Source: Chloropicon primus
Lineage: Eukaryota
Assembly: GCA_023205875.1 (NCBI GenBank)
Contig: CP060761.1
Coordinates: forward strand, 744,001 to 808,000
Direction: 5' to 3'
Length of the DNA stretch: 64,000 nucleotides
Positions 15,301-25,700 of this stretch are shown here, one piece after another. The translations under genes were made by a program, and so were the position numbers. Position 1 is the stretch's first letter. Each line of letters begins with the position of its first letter. The notes under the pieces were generated by a model. The model searched no databases. It saw only the letters and a list, made by a program, of their open reading frames with translations, and was not told the origin of the DNA.

Positions 15301-16737
15301 GCCTGTTCCATGCATTTGCAAGCCAAATACATCTTCGGGAGATAAGTGTGCACTCTGCAGGGCTCTTTGCAGAACCATCTGCTGCGATGGACCGTTTGGA
15401 GCTGTCAAGGAACTGGATCTGCCATCTTGATTCACAGCACTGCCCACCATGGACACGCAATGTGCATCTGCCATGGCTTCAGAAGTTCCATCGACAATAA
15501 CACTCTGGCAAGCTTCTGCACGGACATAGCCATCTGCACTTTGATCCAATGTCTTACACCTACCATCAGCAGAAAGCATACTCGCAATGCTTACGACGAC
15601 AAGAGACGTGCTGGCAAGCATCAAATTCACACCACATGCCATACTGATTGGAGCTGACATGGTCATCGCTGATTGCCAGGCCATAAACAAGCCTACAAGA
15701 GATGATGAGCATGCTGTATCTATGCTCACACACGGACCTTGCAGTCCATACTTGTAAGACAAACGACCAGCTGCTACACTGAAAGCACTACCTGTTGCCA
15801 TCAATGGACTGAGTGGCATGTTGTGGTCCTTCATCAGACCATTGTATTCCATGTGCTCAATACCAACATAGACACCCATCTTCTCTCGACGACGCTGGAT
15901 GTTGCTTGAGTCCTGAGCATCATTCAGTACGCAACTTTGCATAGACTCCCAACTCACTTGCAGAAGCAATCTCTGCTGAGGATCACACAGCGAAGCTTCG
16001 GTCACTGACATTCCAAAACAAGCAGTGTCGAACGTGGAAACGTCCTTCAAAAGACCTGCAAATCGTGCTGTTAGCTGACCACTTGGCATCATTGCTTCAC
16101 TTCGCTCAAGATCCCAACGTCCAAATGGAACAGACGTTATGGCATCACCTATACCGGCACCAGGCTTCATCGTCGTTGCAACAGGAAGGAGTGCACTGAA
16201 ACTATTTAGAGCGACACACCTTGTGACTCCCATCTCTGCACTTGGAAGAACCTCGTGTAGTTCCTGCACACTCTTGCCTTCTTGGAGGCCCAACTCACCA
16301 CAAATGAAAGTGGTCAAAGCATTGATGCTGGGATAGTCCAGGATCGCAGTGCTTGGCAGTTGGACTCCAACAGAAGACGAAATAGTGTTGCGCAACTCCA
16401 CAACACCAAGGGAATCAAGACCAGCCTCCATCAACGGTGTGTTGATATCAATATCTTGCTGGAGTAGTCGCTGTACAGATTGAGATACTTGTTCAATGAT
16501 TGGTTGCACCTCGTGTTGGGATCTCACTACACGCTTTTCTTGGTGTGGTTTTGGAATCTCATCTACAATACTCGCTGGACATATCTGCTTGAAGAAAGAG
16601 GGGCACTTTGTACTTGAGCTTAAGACGTTGCTCCAGAATGCAGCTTGGTTTGCACATACAGTACCTTCTTCCTTCATGTGTAAACAAGAGGATAGAATTG
16701 AGAGACCAGAATCAGGGCTGATCGCTGCTAGTCCCAT
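1..16737 (-). CDS. PKS segment 6 (about 5579 aa, runs off window): M10 ACP, M11, M12, M13, M14 partial
   Basis: Spot translation in one frame: DHQVMGRIVCPGAAY (about 10930, 5950, 1910), GLNFRDVLNVLGAYPG (about 9420, 400), FVTGGLGALG (about 8520, 4520), GLDSL (about 7600, 3585), LVHSAAGGIG (about 85). Not every codon was checked by hand. Confidence 0.88.
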   Translation of the reverse strand, partial: MGLAAISPDSGLSILSSCLHMKEEGTVCANQAAFWSNVLSSSTKCPSFFKQICPASIVDEIPKPHQEKRVVRSQHEVQPIIEQVSQSVQRLLQQDIDINTPLMEAGLDSLGVVELRNTISSSVGVQLPSTAILDYPSINALTTFICGELGLQEGKSVQELHEVLPSAEMGVTRCVALNSFSALLPVATTMKPGAGIGDAITSVPFGRWDLERSEAMMPSGQLTARFAGLLKDVSTFDTACFGMSVTEASLCDPQQRLLLQVSWESMQSCVLNDAQDSSNIQRRREKMGVYVGIEHMEYNGLMKDHNMPLSPLMATGSAFSVAAGRLSYKYGLQGPCVSIDTACSSSLVGLFMAWQSAMTMSAPISMACGVNLMLASTSLVVVSIASMLSADGRCKTLDQSADGYVRAEACQSVIVDGTSEAMADAHCVSMVGSAVNQDGRSSSLTAPNGPSQQMVLQRALQSAHLSPEDVFGLQMHGTGTSLGDPVEVGALSAVLLGGTKSQTPLALSAVKSCVGHSEAAAGLSGILQLFGPLVMGTQSPLLHLRDVNPLVVNVLEAQAQKGGKSVQLPRYSSAECSDSESGVQSVYGASGFAFQGTNAHALLTPSNGSLLNASHKDRRSMSSTWKGVRCWIVSHQRSLLVEQFVLSSRSTNTATVETCLIGHPLLASLNEYDVCGRQVLCASAFVAMAAKTMEMLHANSDSRPWLVRVLFTSTLALSGEAVSSGVVQCEVALSSGNVLVRSKDEGTNSPHMTCSAHNLDTVDSSTSTEHHEVLDGARLYLGQSGSAGQGKLVPCQPSFEDEHALQGVGSLESSLHLMDSVTSSSSDGFELQARIPASVEACILSTSSLGVSLHAVGSATEVGRVTQSSQIDASPCLVDKLSFRVISSKEDISIPTVGGVSSSRDILDACKLYNICWYAQTPVVSSDVLTASEPATQLHVEESAICPHHILAGMQDLVEKGTDALWMHSSGSLDTSASPAGLHKDHGASGYMSWAMLRSIALECTSVQCGGVDTSPLHPSASARGLQFSSKSYAMDVTVDVFGCSMDNGSLYLPQLTLQRDTTQTHAVMNGSHHLGKGRRHVVTGGLSGIGQMVGGWCVRSSLGSSLGLLGRTGKSRTCPEELRAGDMSVSMARCDVSVREEASWWMMERCDDLYPLGMVVHAAGVLIDAILGNQSPSHMRGSLSPKLRGAQWIQAGSWSAALGATVHFSSLASALGNPKYTSYSASNAALDFVCKSTQLCGLPSMNFQWGVWGSIGMVTQGEKVSKERLARLSKDFGIILPTSGLNVLSTVVGAPRYTCNLIYTSPNYWNLFSSLVQGKPYVLGQVSVTPEAVVPVVPVAAPNVHSSAVERKNIQESISRALTNISGLDFGDDVPLMEAGLDSLGVVELRNTISSSVGVQLPSTVILDYPSINALTTFICGELGLQEGKSVQELHEVLPSAEMGVTRCVALNSFSALLPVATTMKPGAGIGDAITSVPFGRWDLERSEAMMPSGQLTARFAGLLKDVSTFDTACFGMSVTEASLCDPQQRLLLQVSWESMQSCVLNDAQDSSNIQRRREKMGVYVGIEHMEYNGLMKDHNMPLSPLMATGSAFSVAAGRLSYKYGLQGPCVSIDTACSSSLVGLFMAWQSAMTMSAPISMACGVNLMLASTSLVVVSIASMLSADGRCKTLDQSADGYVRAEACQSVIVDGTSEAMADAHCVSMMGSAVNQDGRSSSLTAPNGPSQQMVLQRALQSAHLSPEDVFGLQMHGTGTSLGDPVEVGALSAVLLGGTKSQTPLALSAVKSCVGHSEAAAGLSGILQLFGPLVMGTQSPLLHLRDVNPLVVNVLEAQAQKGGKSVQLPRYSSAECSDSESGVQSVYGASGFAFQGTNAHVLFARSYFNFESRLCGQRLSKVVRCWMCPKPHLLFSNGVVKGANIVLYHKWSVTSFRSISDHQVMGRIVCPGAAYMEMGGCVSEICNGTMGTQLKSLVLHASIPMPLTLAKPHETQNGLVEDCELSVLVDMEQGDIEIRSSNSLQGGSGLHLRACIGLKLDEHVHVSSSVGSAYDKSVSASPEIVRGQCSQSVDSTAMYASLYSVGLQYGPHFQVVSRLNVASNGKHVFGCLSGTSGTDESGMSVPPAVLDGCMHLGVGLRDESSSESSKDAKVPAGFSVYSIASDLSGQNIFGVAVRGKAASPDQSNTTLSSHYILDVDGSIASKLQDLQTKSIKPSMRTSPVVGKAMGNIYVMSWQSSMVKPQAVPATTLISKSHLFRVHLSNASICVEGGESHEHTYLNAVGAFLSIAQSVPLLKGSGKEMLLKTFGSVLESQMGMGCANVYKGCALSASLRGLLRSVRSEQRNVSWPCVDLGKGESDESLSTWWNENEGHEIVVRSQFVNVARLLNESYVPPSGLVQIVPRPRGALSNLVTDQVKLESPPLGILLVEVISVGLNFRDVLNVLGAYPGDPGPPGSDVSGIVVQVHLGGKSLQPQPLTVGSAVAGLASGCLGSHTYTHHQVVVPIPKAATFVEACTMITVFTTVDVAMCHAASLPSNAGQAVLVHSAAGGIGLAACQVVHALGGEMWATAGSSLKRHLLRSMGVQHVVSSRSTRYADLGQTAYNGQVEGMGLILNSLTSSGMVGASLSCLHLGGQLVEIGKRDIWSASGVHRERPDVVYSLLAVDFLPPARTHQALCRLAGGIAEGAVSGLRSTSHTLNGVQAALRWLAGAKHVGKVVVSQGLGTTSLLSMQESGCSFVTGGLGALGSLVGQWAAQHMTPDLRLAGRSGHYRLPVDMDKSKSALLSLQDPSSSAVFCAIRCDAGSQEECSSALSWPGLDMPLAQVMHAGGLLSDMLLGSQSMQSVRTVFAPKVDALHHLHARSWGHSVSSQLLFSSVASLLGSAGQSNYSAANAYLDTWSSAMESQGGCATSIQWGGWSGGGMALRDPSTTARLERVGMPALSGEDGLCLLASITKYSLFGLCKRFSTVTGVMFDWKKFLSRMTLKLNIFESWHMRSVTQSVTRQRPQTEVTARRIVDVGKVIEDVMLLVSPIIGDIGVDDPLFDAGLDSLTAIEFQNSLQQKYDISIPATIVFDFPSVGAISRYIHDAMFEEHNVPLGFDVDDEVNAPTNNLKIVHYGLKTGGPYRNEGAVCIDRVSRYFRNDMENLGWVPNETGSYFCALLRDVAHFDTGVFSINASEATVMDPQQRLILASTYPLIAHTSEETSVYVGLSNQDYIRIFSYSGRREVNPKLGTANSPSVAAGRISYMYGLTGPSLSVDTACSSSLVGTHLAMQSLFATECHAALSIGVNLTLAPDTGQIFKQAGMLALDGRCKTLDASADGYVRGEACGALCIKRFGKDEGVAFVELKGSAVNQDGRSSALTAPNGPAQQKVITSAVNNAALDLGNLEGFQLHGTGTPLGDPIEIGALDRVLSLRRKDISDSGRSENGTPALLMACKTSVGHTESAAGIASLIVTLSTIEQHVSHSILHLRSINVHLEKMMSANTNDAKASRPCYALPRQSTSRSSPLSQSGCPTGISSFAFQGTNAHVLMSLPIGCNNINCSLSFQSVAWESNRYWILPLTHPLMSAVEVRKNTGSDIIALSSKLQRPILEWICDHQVMGRIVCPGAAYMEMGGCVSEICNGTMGTQLKSLVLHASIPMPLTLAKPHETQNGLVEDCELSVLVDMEQGDIEIRSSNSLQGGSGLHLRACIGLKLDEHVHVSSSVGSAYDKSVSASPEIVRGQCSQSVDSTAMYASLYSVGLQYGPHFQVVSRLNVASNGKHVFGCLSGTSGTDESGMSVPPAVLDGCMHLGVGLRDDESSSESSKDAKVPAGFSVYSIASDLSGQNIFGVAVRGKAASPDQSNTTLSSHYILDVDGSIASKLQDLQTKSIKPSMRTSPVVGKAMGNIYVMSWQSSMVKPQAVPATTLISKSHLFRVHLSNASICVEGGESHEHTYLNAVGAFLSIAQSVPLLKGSGKEMLLKTFGSVLESQMGMGCANVYKGCALSASLRGLLRSVRSEQRNVSWPCVDLGKGESDESLSTWWNENEGHEIVVRSQFVNVARILQGAYVYPDQGFLSDFVMGTFGCSFVTGGLGALGSLVGQWAAQHMTPDLRLAGRSGHYRLPVDMDKSKSALLSLQDPSSSAVFCAIRCDAGSQEECSSALSWPGLDMPLAQVMHAGGLLSDMLLGSQSMQSVRTVFAPKVDALHHLHARSWGHSVSSQLLFSSVASLLGSAGQSNYSAANAYLDTWSSAMESQGGCATSIQWGGWSGGGMALRDPSTTARLERVGMPALSGEEGLSVLKSVLYENSSHRFGSPCVSNAVVSAVPFVWDKFLAGVGESKVFDNFRKATSVSIESSSSQVPVQRSGKVRFQKEAIISSVGALAASVVGREISAEEPLMEAGLDSLGTVEFNNALQQRFGIDLPATLIFDYPSISMIGNHLSDILAPEDAQGGDVLSSKPESAVPDARGLKDGITIAITSIGSHCSLGMDSLASTCGIDTVEPYSRGDCESSGWMAGSAGSYFGSFIPQVENFDAHAFKLSSSESLVMDPQQRFILQLYTEVQDGVGLSQEIGIFVGISAFDYSKLMYFVPVDPNPYTATANAASVAAGRASFFYGLTGPSLSVDTACSSSLVGTHLAMQSLFATECHAALSIGVNLTLAPDTGQVLKQAGMLALDGRCKTLDASADGYVRGEACGALCIKRFGKDEGVAFVELKGSAVNQDGRSSALTAPNGPAQQKVITSAVNNAALDLGNLEGFQLHGTGTPLGDPIEIGALDRVLSLRRKDISDSGRSENGTPALLMACKTSVGHTESAAGIASLIVTLSTIEQHVSHSILHLRSINVHLEKMMSANTNDAKASRPCYALPRQSTSRSSPLSQSGCPTGISSFAFQGTNAHVLMSLPIGCNNINCSLSFQSVAWESNRYWILPLTHPLMSAVEVRKNTGSDIIALSSKLQRPILEWICDHQVMGRIVCPGAAYMEMGGCVSEICNGTMGTQLKSLVLHASIPMPLTLAKPHETQNGLVEDCELSVLVDMEQGDIEIRSSNSLQGGSGLHLRACIGLKLDEHVHVSSSVGSAYDKSVSASPEIVRGQCSQSVDSTAMYASLYSVGLQYGPHFQVVSRLNVASNGKHVFGCLSGTSGTDESGMSVPPAVLDGCMHLGVGLRDDESSSESSKDAKVPAGFSVYSIASDLSGQNIFGVAVRGKAASPDQSNTTLSSHYILDVDGSIASKLQDLQTKSIKPSMRTSPVVGKAMGNIYVMSWQSSMVKPQAVPATTLISKSHLFRVHLSNASICVEGGESHEHTYLNAVGAFLSIAQSVPLLKGSGKEMLLKTFGSVLESQMGMGCANVYKGCALSASLRGLLRSVRSEQRNVSWPCVDLGKGESDESLSTWWNENEGHEIVVRSQFVNVARLLNESYVPPSGLVQIVPRPRGALSNLVTDQVKLESPPLGILLVEVISVGLNFRDVLNVLGAYPGDPGPPGSDVSGIVVQVHLGGKSLQPQPLTVGSAVAGLASGCLGSHTYTHHQVVVPIPKAATFVEACTMITVFTTVDVAMCHAASLPSNAGQAVLVHSAAGGIGLAACQVVHALGGEMWATAGSSL

Positions 16738-19700
16738 ACTTTCAAACCTTTTGACACAACCTTGTTAGAGGCCATACCAACTGCCTTCCAAATACCCCAC
16801 TGGATGGCCAAAGAAGCAATACCAGACATTTTCTGTCTGTTACTCATCATCTCCAAGCCTGAATTCGAGCAAGCATAGTTAATCTGACCAGGACTTCCAA
16901 CCAAAGAAGAAATGGATGAGAAGTGCACAGTCGCACCTAGTGCAGCTGACCAAGATCCTGCTTGAATCCATTGAGCTCCTCTCAGCTTGGGTGACAAGGA
17001 TCCACGCATGTGAGATGGAGACTGGTTGCCCAAAATAGCATCAATCAGCACACCAGCAGCATGGACCACCATGCCCAGCGGATAGAGGTCATCGCATCTC
17101 TCCATCATCCACCAAGATGCTTCTTCCCGCACCGAGACATCACATCTTGCCATGGACACACTCATATCTCCAGCACGGAGTTCTTCTGGGCATGTCCTTG
17201 ACTTTCCTGTGCGTCCAAGCAATCCTAGGGAAGAACCTAAGGACGATCTCACACACCAGCCACCAACCATTTGACCAATGCCGCTCAAGCCACCAGTCAC
17301 GACATGGCGCCTTCCCTTCCCAAGATGGTGGGAACCATTCATGACAGCGTGTGTCTGCGTAGTATCTCTCTGCAAGGTCAATTGAGGCAGGTACAAACTG
17401 CCGTTGTCCATGCTGCAGCCAAACACATCCACGGTTACATCCATGGCATAGCTCTTTGAGCTGAACTGCAAACCACGGGCGGAAGCGCTTGGGTGTAAAG
17501 GACTCGTGTCAACGCCACCACACTGGACGCTGGTGCACTCAAGAGCTATGCAGCGCAACATGGCCCAAGACATGTATCCACTGGCTCCGTGATCCTTGTG
17601 AAGTCCCGCGGGACTTGCAGATGTGTCCAAGGAACCGGAACTGTGCATCCAAAGTGCGTCCGTGCCCTTCTCAACGAGATCCTGCATACCTGCAAGGATA
17701 TGATGCGGGCAGATTGCACTCTCTTCCACATGAAGCTGTGTTGCAGGTTCTGAAGCCGTCAAAACATCCGAGGATACAACAGGTGTTTGAGCATACCAAC
17801 AGATGTTGTACAATTTGCAGGCATCCAAGATGTCGCGAGAAGACGAGACTCCACCGACCGTAGGGATGGAAATATCTTCTTTGCTGCTGATCACACGGAA
17901 GCTCAACTTGTCCACAAGGCATGGGGATGCGTCAATCTGAGAGGACTGAGTTACTCTTCCTACTTCAGTTGCACTACCCACCGCATGCAGACTCACTCCA
18001 AGGCTTGAAGTGCTCAGAATGCACGCCTCAACAGATGCTGGAATGCGAGCTTGCAATTCAAAGCCATCACTGGAGGATGAGGTCACACTGTCCATCAAGT
18101 GCAAAGATGACTCCAAAGAACCTACACCTTGCAAAGCGTGTTCATCTTCAAAGCTCGGCTGGCATGGAACAAGCTTACCTTGTCCTGCACTGCCTGACTG
18201 ACCCAGGTAAAGACGCGCACCGTCCAACACTTCATGGTGTTCTGTGGAGGTGCTGCTATCGACCGTGTCAAGATTGTGTGCGCTGCAAGTCATGTGTGGA
18301 CTGTTGGTTCCCTCTTCTTTTGACCTTACCAGAACATTGCCAGACGACAAGGCCACCTGACACTGAACCACGCCAGAAGAGACTGCTTCACCTGACAAGG
18401 CCAGCGTTGATGTAAACAACACATGCACAAGCCAGGGCCTGCTGTCGCTGTTGGCATGCAACATTTCCATGGTCTTTGCAGCCATGGCCACAAAAGCAGA
18501 AGCGCAAAGCACTTGTCGGCCACAAACATCATACTCGTTCAAGGAAGCCAACAGAGGGTGGCCAATCAAGCAAGTCTCCACCGTCGCTGTATTGGTGGAT
18601 CTTGACGAAAGAACGAACTGTTCTACCAATAAGGAGCGTTGGTGGGATACAATCCAGCAACGCACGCCCTTCCAAGTAGAGCTCATGCTCCTACGGTCCT
18701 TGTGACTCGCGTTCAACAAAGAACCGTTTGATGGAGTCAACAAGGTATGTGCATTTGTTCCTTGGAAGGCAAAGCCACTTGCTCCATACACACTCTGGAC
18801 ACCTGACTCCGAATCGGAACACTCAGCAGAGGAATAGCGTGGCAGTTGCACTGATTTGCCTCCCTTTTGTGCTTGAGCCTCCAAAACATTGACCACAAGA
18901 GGATTCACGTCCCGCAGATGCAGGAGTGGGCTCTGTGTGCCCATCACAAGGGGACCAAACAATTGTAGAATCCCAGACAGACCAGCAGCGGCCTCGGAGT
19001 GACCAACACAAGACTTCACAGCAGAAAGGGCAAGTGGAGTTTGTGACTTGGTGCCTCCAAGCAACACTGCGCTCAGGGCACCCACTTCAACTGGGTCGCC
19101 CAAAGACGTGCCTGTTCCATGCATTTGCAAGCCAAATACATCTTCGGGAGATAAGTGTGCACTCTGCAGGGCTCTTTGCAGAACCATCTGCTGCGATGGA
19201 CCGTTTGGAGCTGTCAAGGAACTGGATCTGCCATCTTGATTCACAGCACTGCCCACCATGGACACGCAATGTGCATCTGCCATGGCCTCAGAAGTTCCAT
19301 CGACAATAACACTCTGGCAAGCTTCTGCACGGACATAGCCATCTGCACTTTGATCCAATGTCTTACACCTACCATCAGCAGAAAGCATACTCGCAATGCT
19401 TACGACGACAAGAGACGTGCTGGCAAGCATCAAATTCACACCACATGCCATACTGATTGGAGCTGACATGGTCATCGCTGATTGCCAGGCCATAAACAAG
19501 CCTACAAGAGATGATGAGCATGCTGTATCTATGCTCACACACGGACCTTGCAGTCCATACTTGTAAGACAAACGACCGGCTGCTACACTGAAAGCACTAC
19601 CTGTTGCCATCAATGGACTGAGCGGCATGTTGTGGTCCTTCATCAGACCATTGTATTCCATGTGCTCAATACCAACATAGACACCCATCTTCTCTCGACG

Positions 19701-22700
19701 ACGCTGGATGTTGCTTGAGTCCTGAGCATCATTCAGTACGCAACTTTGCATAGACTCCCAACTCACTTGCAGAAGCAATCTCTGCTGAGGATCACACAGC
19801 GAAGCTTCGGTCACTGACATTCCAAAACAAGCAGTGTCGAACGTGGAAACGTCCTTCAAAAGACCTGCAAATCGTGCTGTTAGCTGACCACTTGGCATCA
19901 TTGCTTCACTTCGCTCAAGATCCCAACGTCCAAATGGAACAGACGTTATGGCATCACCTATACCGGCACCAGGCTTCATCGTCGTTGCAACAGGAAGGAG
20001 TGCACTGAAACTATTTAGAGCGACACACCTTGTGACTCCCATCTCTGCACTTGGAAGAACCTCGTGTAGTTCCTGCACACTCTTGCCTTCTTGGAGGCCC
20101 AACTCACCACAAATGAAAGTGGTCAAAGCATTGATGCTGGGATAGTCCAGGATCACAGTGCTTGGCAGTTGGACTCCAACAGAAGACGAAATAGTGTTGC
20201 GCAACTCCACAACACCAAGGGAATCAAGACCAGCCTCCATCAACGGTGTGTTGATATCAATATCTTGCTGGAGTAGTCGCTGTACAGATTGAGATACTTG
20301 TTCAATGATTGGTTGCACCTCGTGTTGGGATCTCACTACACGCTTTTCTTGGTGTGGTTTTGGAATCTCATCTACAATACTCGCTGGACATATCTGCTTG
20401 AAGAAAGAGGGGCACTTTGTACTTGAGCTTAAGACGTTGCTCCAGAATGCAGCTTGGTTTGCACATACAGTACCTTCTTCCTTCATGTGTAAACAAGAGG
20501 ATAGAATTGAGAGACCAGAATCAGGGCTGATCGCTGCTAGTCCCATACTTTCAAACCTTTTTGACACAACCTTGTTAGAGGCCATACCAACTGCCTTCCA
20601 AATACCCCACTGGATGGCCAAAGAAGCAATACCAGACATTTTCTGTCTGTTACTCATCATCTCCAAGCCTGAATTCGAGCAAGCATAGTTAATCTGACCA
20701 GGACTTCCAACCAAAGAAGAAATGGATGAGAAGTGCACAGTCGCACCTAGTGCAGCTGACCAAGATCCTGCTTGAATCCATTGAGCTCCTCTCAGCTTGG
20801 GTGACAAGGATCCACGCATGTGAGATGGAGACTGGTTGCCCAAAATAGCATCAATCAGCACACCAGCAGCATGGACCACCATGCCCAGCGGATAGAGGTC
20901 ATCGCATCTCTCCATCATCCACCAAGATGCTTCTTCCCGCACCGAGACATCACATCTTGCCATGGACACACTCATATCTCCAGCACGGAGTTCTTCTGGG
21001 CATGTCCTTGACTTTCCTGTGCGTCCAAGCAATCCTAGGGAAGAACCTAAGGACGATCTCACACACCAGCCACCAACCATTTGACCAATGCCGCTCAAGC
21101 CACCAGTCACGACATGGCGCCTTCCCTTCCCAAGATGGTGGGAACCATTCATGACAGCGTGTGTCTGCGTAGTATCTCTCTGCAAGGTCAATTGAGGCAG
21201 GTACAAACTGCCGTTGTCCATGCTGCAGCCAAACACATCCACGGTTACATCCATGGCATAGCTCTTTGAGCTGAACTGCAAACCACGGGCGGAAGCGCTT
21301 GGGTGTAAAGGACTCGTGTCAACGCCACCACACTGGACGCTGGTGCACTCAAGAGCTATGCAGCGCAACATGGCCCAAGACATGTATCCACTGGCTCCGT
21401 GATCCTTGTGAAGTCCCGCGGGACTTGCAGATGTGTCCAAGGAACCGGAACTGTGCATCCAAAGTGCGTCCGTGCCCTTCTCAACGAGATCCTGCATACC
21501 TGCAAGGATATGATGCGGGCAGATTGCACTCTCTTCCACATGAAGCTGTGTTGCAGGTTCTGAAGCCGTCAAAACATCCGAGGATACAACAGGTGTTTGA
21601 GCATACCAACAGATGTTGTACAATTTGCAGGCATCCAAGATGTCGCGAGAAGACGAGACTCCACCGACCGTAGGGATGGAAATATCTTCTTTGCTGCTGA
21701 TCACACGGAAGCTCAACTTGTCCACAAGGCATGGGGATGCGTCAATCTGAGAGGACTGAGTTACTCTTCCTACTTCAGTTGCACTACCCACCGCATGCAG
21801 ACTCACTCCAAGGCTTGAAGTGCTCAGAATGCACGCCTCAACAGATGCTGGAATGCGAGCTTGCAATTCAAAGCCATCACTGGAGGATGAGGTCACACTG
21901 TCCATCAAGTGCAAAGATGACTCCAAAGAACCTACACCTTGCAAAGCGTGTTCATCTTCAAAGCTCGGCTGGCATGGAACAAGCTTACCTTGTCCTGCAC
22001 TGCCTGACTGACCCAGGTAAAGACGCGCACCGTCCAACACTTCATGGTGTTCTGTGGAGGTGCTGCTATCGACCGTGTCGAGATTGTGTGCGCTGCAAGT
22101 CATGTGTGGACTGTTGGTTCCCTCTTCTTTTGACCTTACCAGAACATTGCCAGACGACAAGGCCACCTCACACTGAACCACGCCAGAAGAGACTGCTTCA
22201 CCTGACAAGGCCAGCGTTGATGTAAACAACGCACGCACAAGCCAGGGCCTGCTGTCGCTGTTGGCATGCAACATTTCCATGGTCTTTGCAGCCATGGCCA
22301 CAAAAGCAGAAGCGCAAAGCACTTGTCGGCCACAAACATCATACTCGTTCAAGGAAGCCAACAGAGGGTGGCCAATCAAGCAAGTCTCCACCGTCGCTGT
22401 ATTGGTGGATCTTGACGAAAGAACGAACTGTTCTACCAATAAGGAGCGTTGGTGGGATACAATCCAGCAACGCACGCCCTTCCAAGTAGAGCTCATGCTC
22501 CTACGGTCCTTGTGACTCGCGTTCAACAAAGAACCGTTTGATGGAGTCAACAAGGCATGTGCATTTGTTCCTTGGAAGGCAAAGCCACTTGCTCCATACA
22601 CACTCTGGACACCTGACTCCGAATCGGAACACTCAGCAGAGGAATAGCGTGGCAGTTGCACTGATTTGCCTCCCTTTTGTGCTTGAGCCTCCAAAACATT

Positions 22701-25700
22701 GACCACAAGAGGATTCACGTCCCGCAGATGCAGGAGTGGGCTCTGTGTGCCCATCACAAGGGGACCAAACAATTGTAGAATCCCAGACAGACCAGCAGCG
22801 GCCTCGGAGTGACCAACACAAGACTTCACAGCAGAAAGGGCGAGTGGAGTTTGTGACTTGGTGCCTCCAAGCAACACTGCGCTCAGGGCACCCACTTCAA
22901 CTGGGTCGCCCAAAGACGTGCCTGTTCCATGCATTTGCAAGCCAAATACATCTTCGGGAGATAAGTGTGCACTCTGCAGGGCTCTTTGCAGAACCATCTG
23001 CTGCGATGGACCGTTTGGAGCTGTCAAGGAACTGGATCTGCCATCTTGATTCACAGCACTGCCCACCATGGACACGCAATGTGCATCTGCCATGGCCTCA
23101 GAAGTTCCATCGACAATAACACTCTGGCAAGCTTCTGCGCGGACATAGCCATCTGCACTTTGATCCAATGTCTTACACCTACCATCAGCAGAAAGCATAC
23201 TCGCAATGCTTGCAACTACAAGGGATACGCTGGCGAGCATCAAATTCACACCACATGCCATACTGATTGGAGCTGACATGGTCATCGCTGATTGCCAGGC
23301 CATACATAAGCCTACAAGAGATGATGAGCATGCTGTATCTATGCTCACACACGGACCTTGCAGTCCATACTTGTAAGACAAACGACCGGCTGCTACACTG
23401 AAAGCACTACCTGTTGCCATCAATGGACTGAGCGGCATGTTGTGGTCCTTCATCAGACCATTGTATTCCATGTGCTCAATACCAACATAGACACCCATCT
23501 TCTCTCGACGACGCTGGATGTTGCTTGAGTCCTGAGCATCATTCAGTACGCAACTTTGCATAGACTCCCAACTCACTTGCAGAAGCAATCTCTGCTGAGG
23601 ATCACACAGCGAAGCTTCGGTCACTGACATTCCAAAACAAGCAGTGTCGAACGTGGAAACGTCCTTCAAAAGACCTGCAAATCGTGCTGTTAGCTGACCA
23701 CTTGGCATCATTGCTTCACTTCGCTCAAGATCCCAACGTCCAAATGGAACAGACGTTATGGCATCACCTATACCGGCACCAGGCTTCATCGTCGTTGCAA
23801 CAGGAAGGAGTGCACTGAAACTATTTAGAGCGACACACCTTGTGACTCCCATCTCTGCACTTGGAAGAACCTCGTGTAGTTCCTGCACACTCTTGCCTTC
23901 TTGGAGGCCCAACTCACCACAAATGAAAGTGGTCAAAGCATTGATGCTGGGATAGTCCAGGATCACAGTGCTTGGCAGTTGGACTCCAACAGAAGACGAA
24001 ATAGTGTTGCGCAACTCCACAACACCAAGGGAATCAAGGCCAGCCTCCATCAATGGCACATCGTCCCCAAAGTCAAGTCCTGAAATATTTGTCAGTGCTC
24101 TTGAAATGGATTCTTGGATATTCTTTCTCTCAACAGCGGAGGAATGGACGTTAGGGGCAGCAACTGGAACAACTGGAACAACAGCTTCAGGGGTCACCGA
24201 CACTTGGCCAAGCACATAGGGTTTGCCCTGAACAAGGGACGAAAACAAATTCCAGTAGTTGGGACTTGTGTAAATCAAGTTGCAGGTATACCTGGGAGCA
24301 CCAACGACCGTTGAAAGAACATTCAGACCTGATGTCGGCAATATGATTCCAAAATCTTTGGATAGACGAGCAAGTCTCTCTTTTGATACTTTCTCTCCCT
24401 GTGTAACCATACCAATAGACCCCCAAACGCCCCATTGGAAGTTCATGCTTGGGAGGCCGCACAATTGAGTAGATTTGCACACAAATCAAGAGCCGCATTG
24501 GATGCGGAATAGGATGTGTACTTTGGATTTCCAAGGGCAGATGCAAGTGAAGAGAAGTGCACAGTCGCACCTAGTGCAGCTGACCAAGATCCTGCTTGAA
24601 TCCATTGAGCTCCTCTCAGCTTGGGTGACAAGGATCCACGCATGTGAGATGGAGACTGGTTGCCCAAAATAGCATCAATCAGCACACCAGCAGCATGGAC
24701 CACCATGCCCAGCGGATAGAGGTCATCGCATCTCTCCATCATCCACCAAGATGCTTCTTCCCGCACCGAGACATCACATCTTGCCATGGACACACTCATA
24801 TCTCCAGCACGGAGTTCTTCTGGGCATGTCCTTGACTTTCCTGTGCGTCCAAGCAATCCTAGGGAAGAACCTAAGGACGATCTCACACACCAGCCACCAA
24901 CCATTTGACCAATGCCGCTCAAGCCACCAGTCACGACATGGCGCCTTCCCTTCCCAAGATGGTGGGAACCATTCATGACAGCGTGTGTCTGCGTAGTATC
25001 TCTCTGCAAGGTCAATTGAGGCAGGTACAAACTGCCGTTGTCCATGCTGCAGCCAAACACATCCACGGTTACATCCATGGCATAGCTCTTTGAGCTGAAC
25101 TGCAAACCACGGGCGGAAGCGCTTGGGTGTAAAGGACTCGTGTCAACGCCACCACACTGGACGCTGGTGCACTCAAGAGCTATGCAGCGCAACATGGCCC
25201 AAGACATGTATCCACTGGCTCCGTGATCCTTGTGAAGTCCCGCGGGACTTGCAGATGTGTCCAAGGAACCGGAACTGTGCATCCAAAGTGCGTCCGTGCC
25301 CTTCTCAACGAGATCCTGCATACCTGCAAGGATATGATGCGGGCAGATTGCACTCTCTTCCACATGAAGCTGTGTTGCAGGTTCTGAAGCCGTCAAAACA
25401 TCCGAGGATACAACAGGTGTTTGAGCATACCAACAGATGTTGTACAATTTGCAGGCATCCAAGATGTCGCGAGAAGACGAGACTCCACCGACCGTAGGGA
25501 TGGAAATATCTTCTTTGCTGCTGATCACACGGAAGCTCAACTTGTCCACAAGGCATGGGGATGCGTCAATCTGAGAGGACTGAGTTACTCTTCCTACTTC
25601 AGTTGCACTACCCACCGCATGCAGACTCACTCCAAGGCTTGAAGTGCTCAGAATGCACGCCTCAACAGATGCTGGAATGCGAGCTTGCAATTCAAAGCCA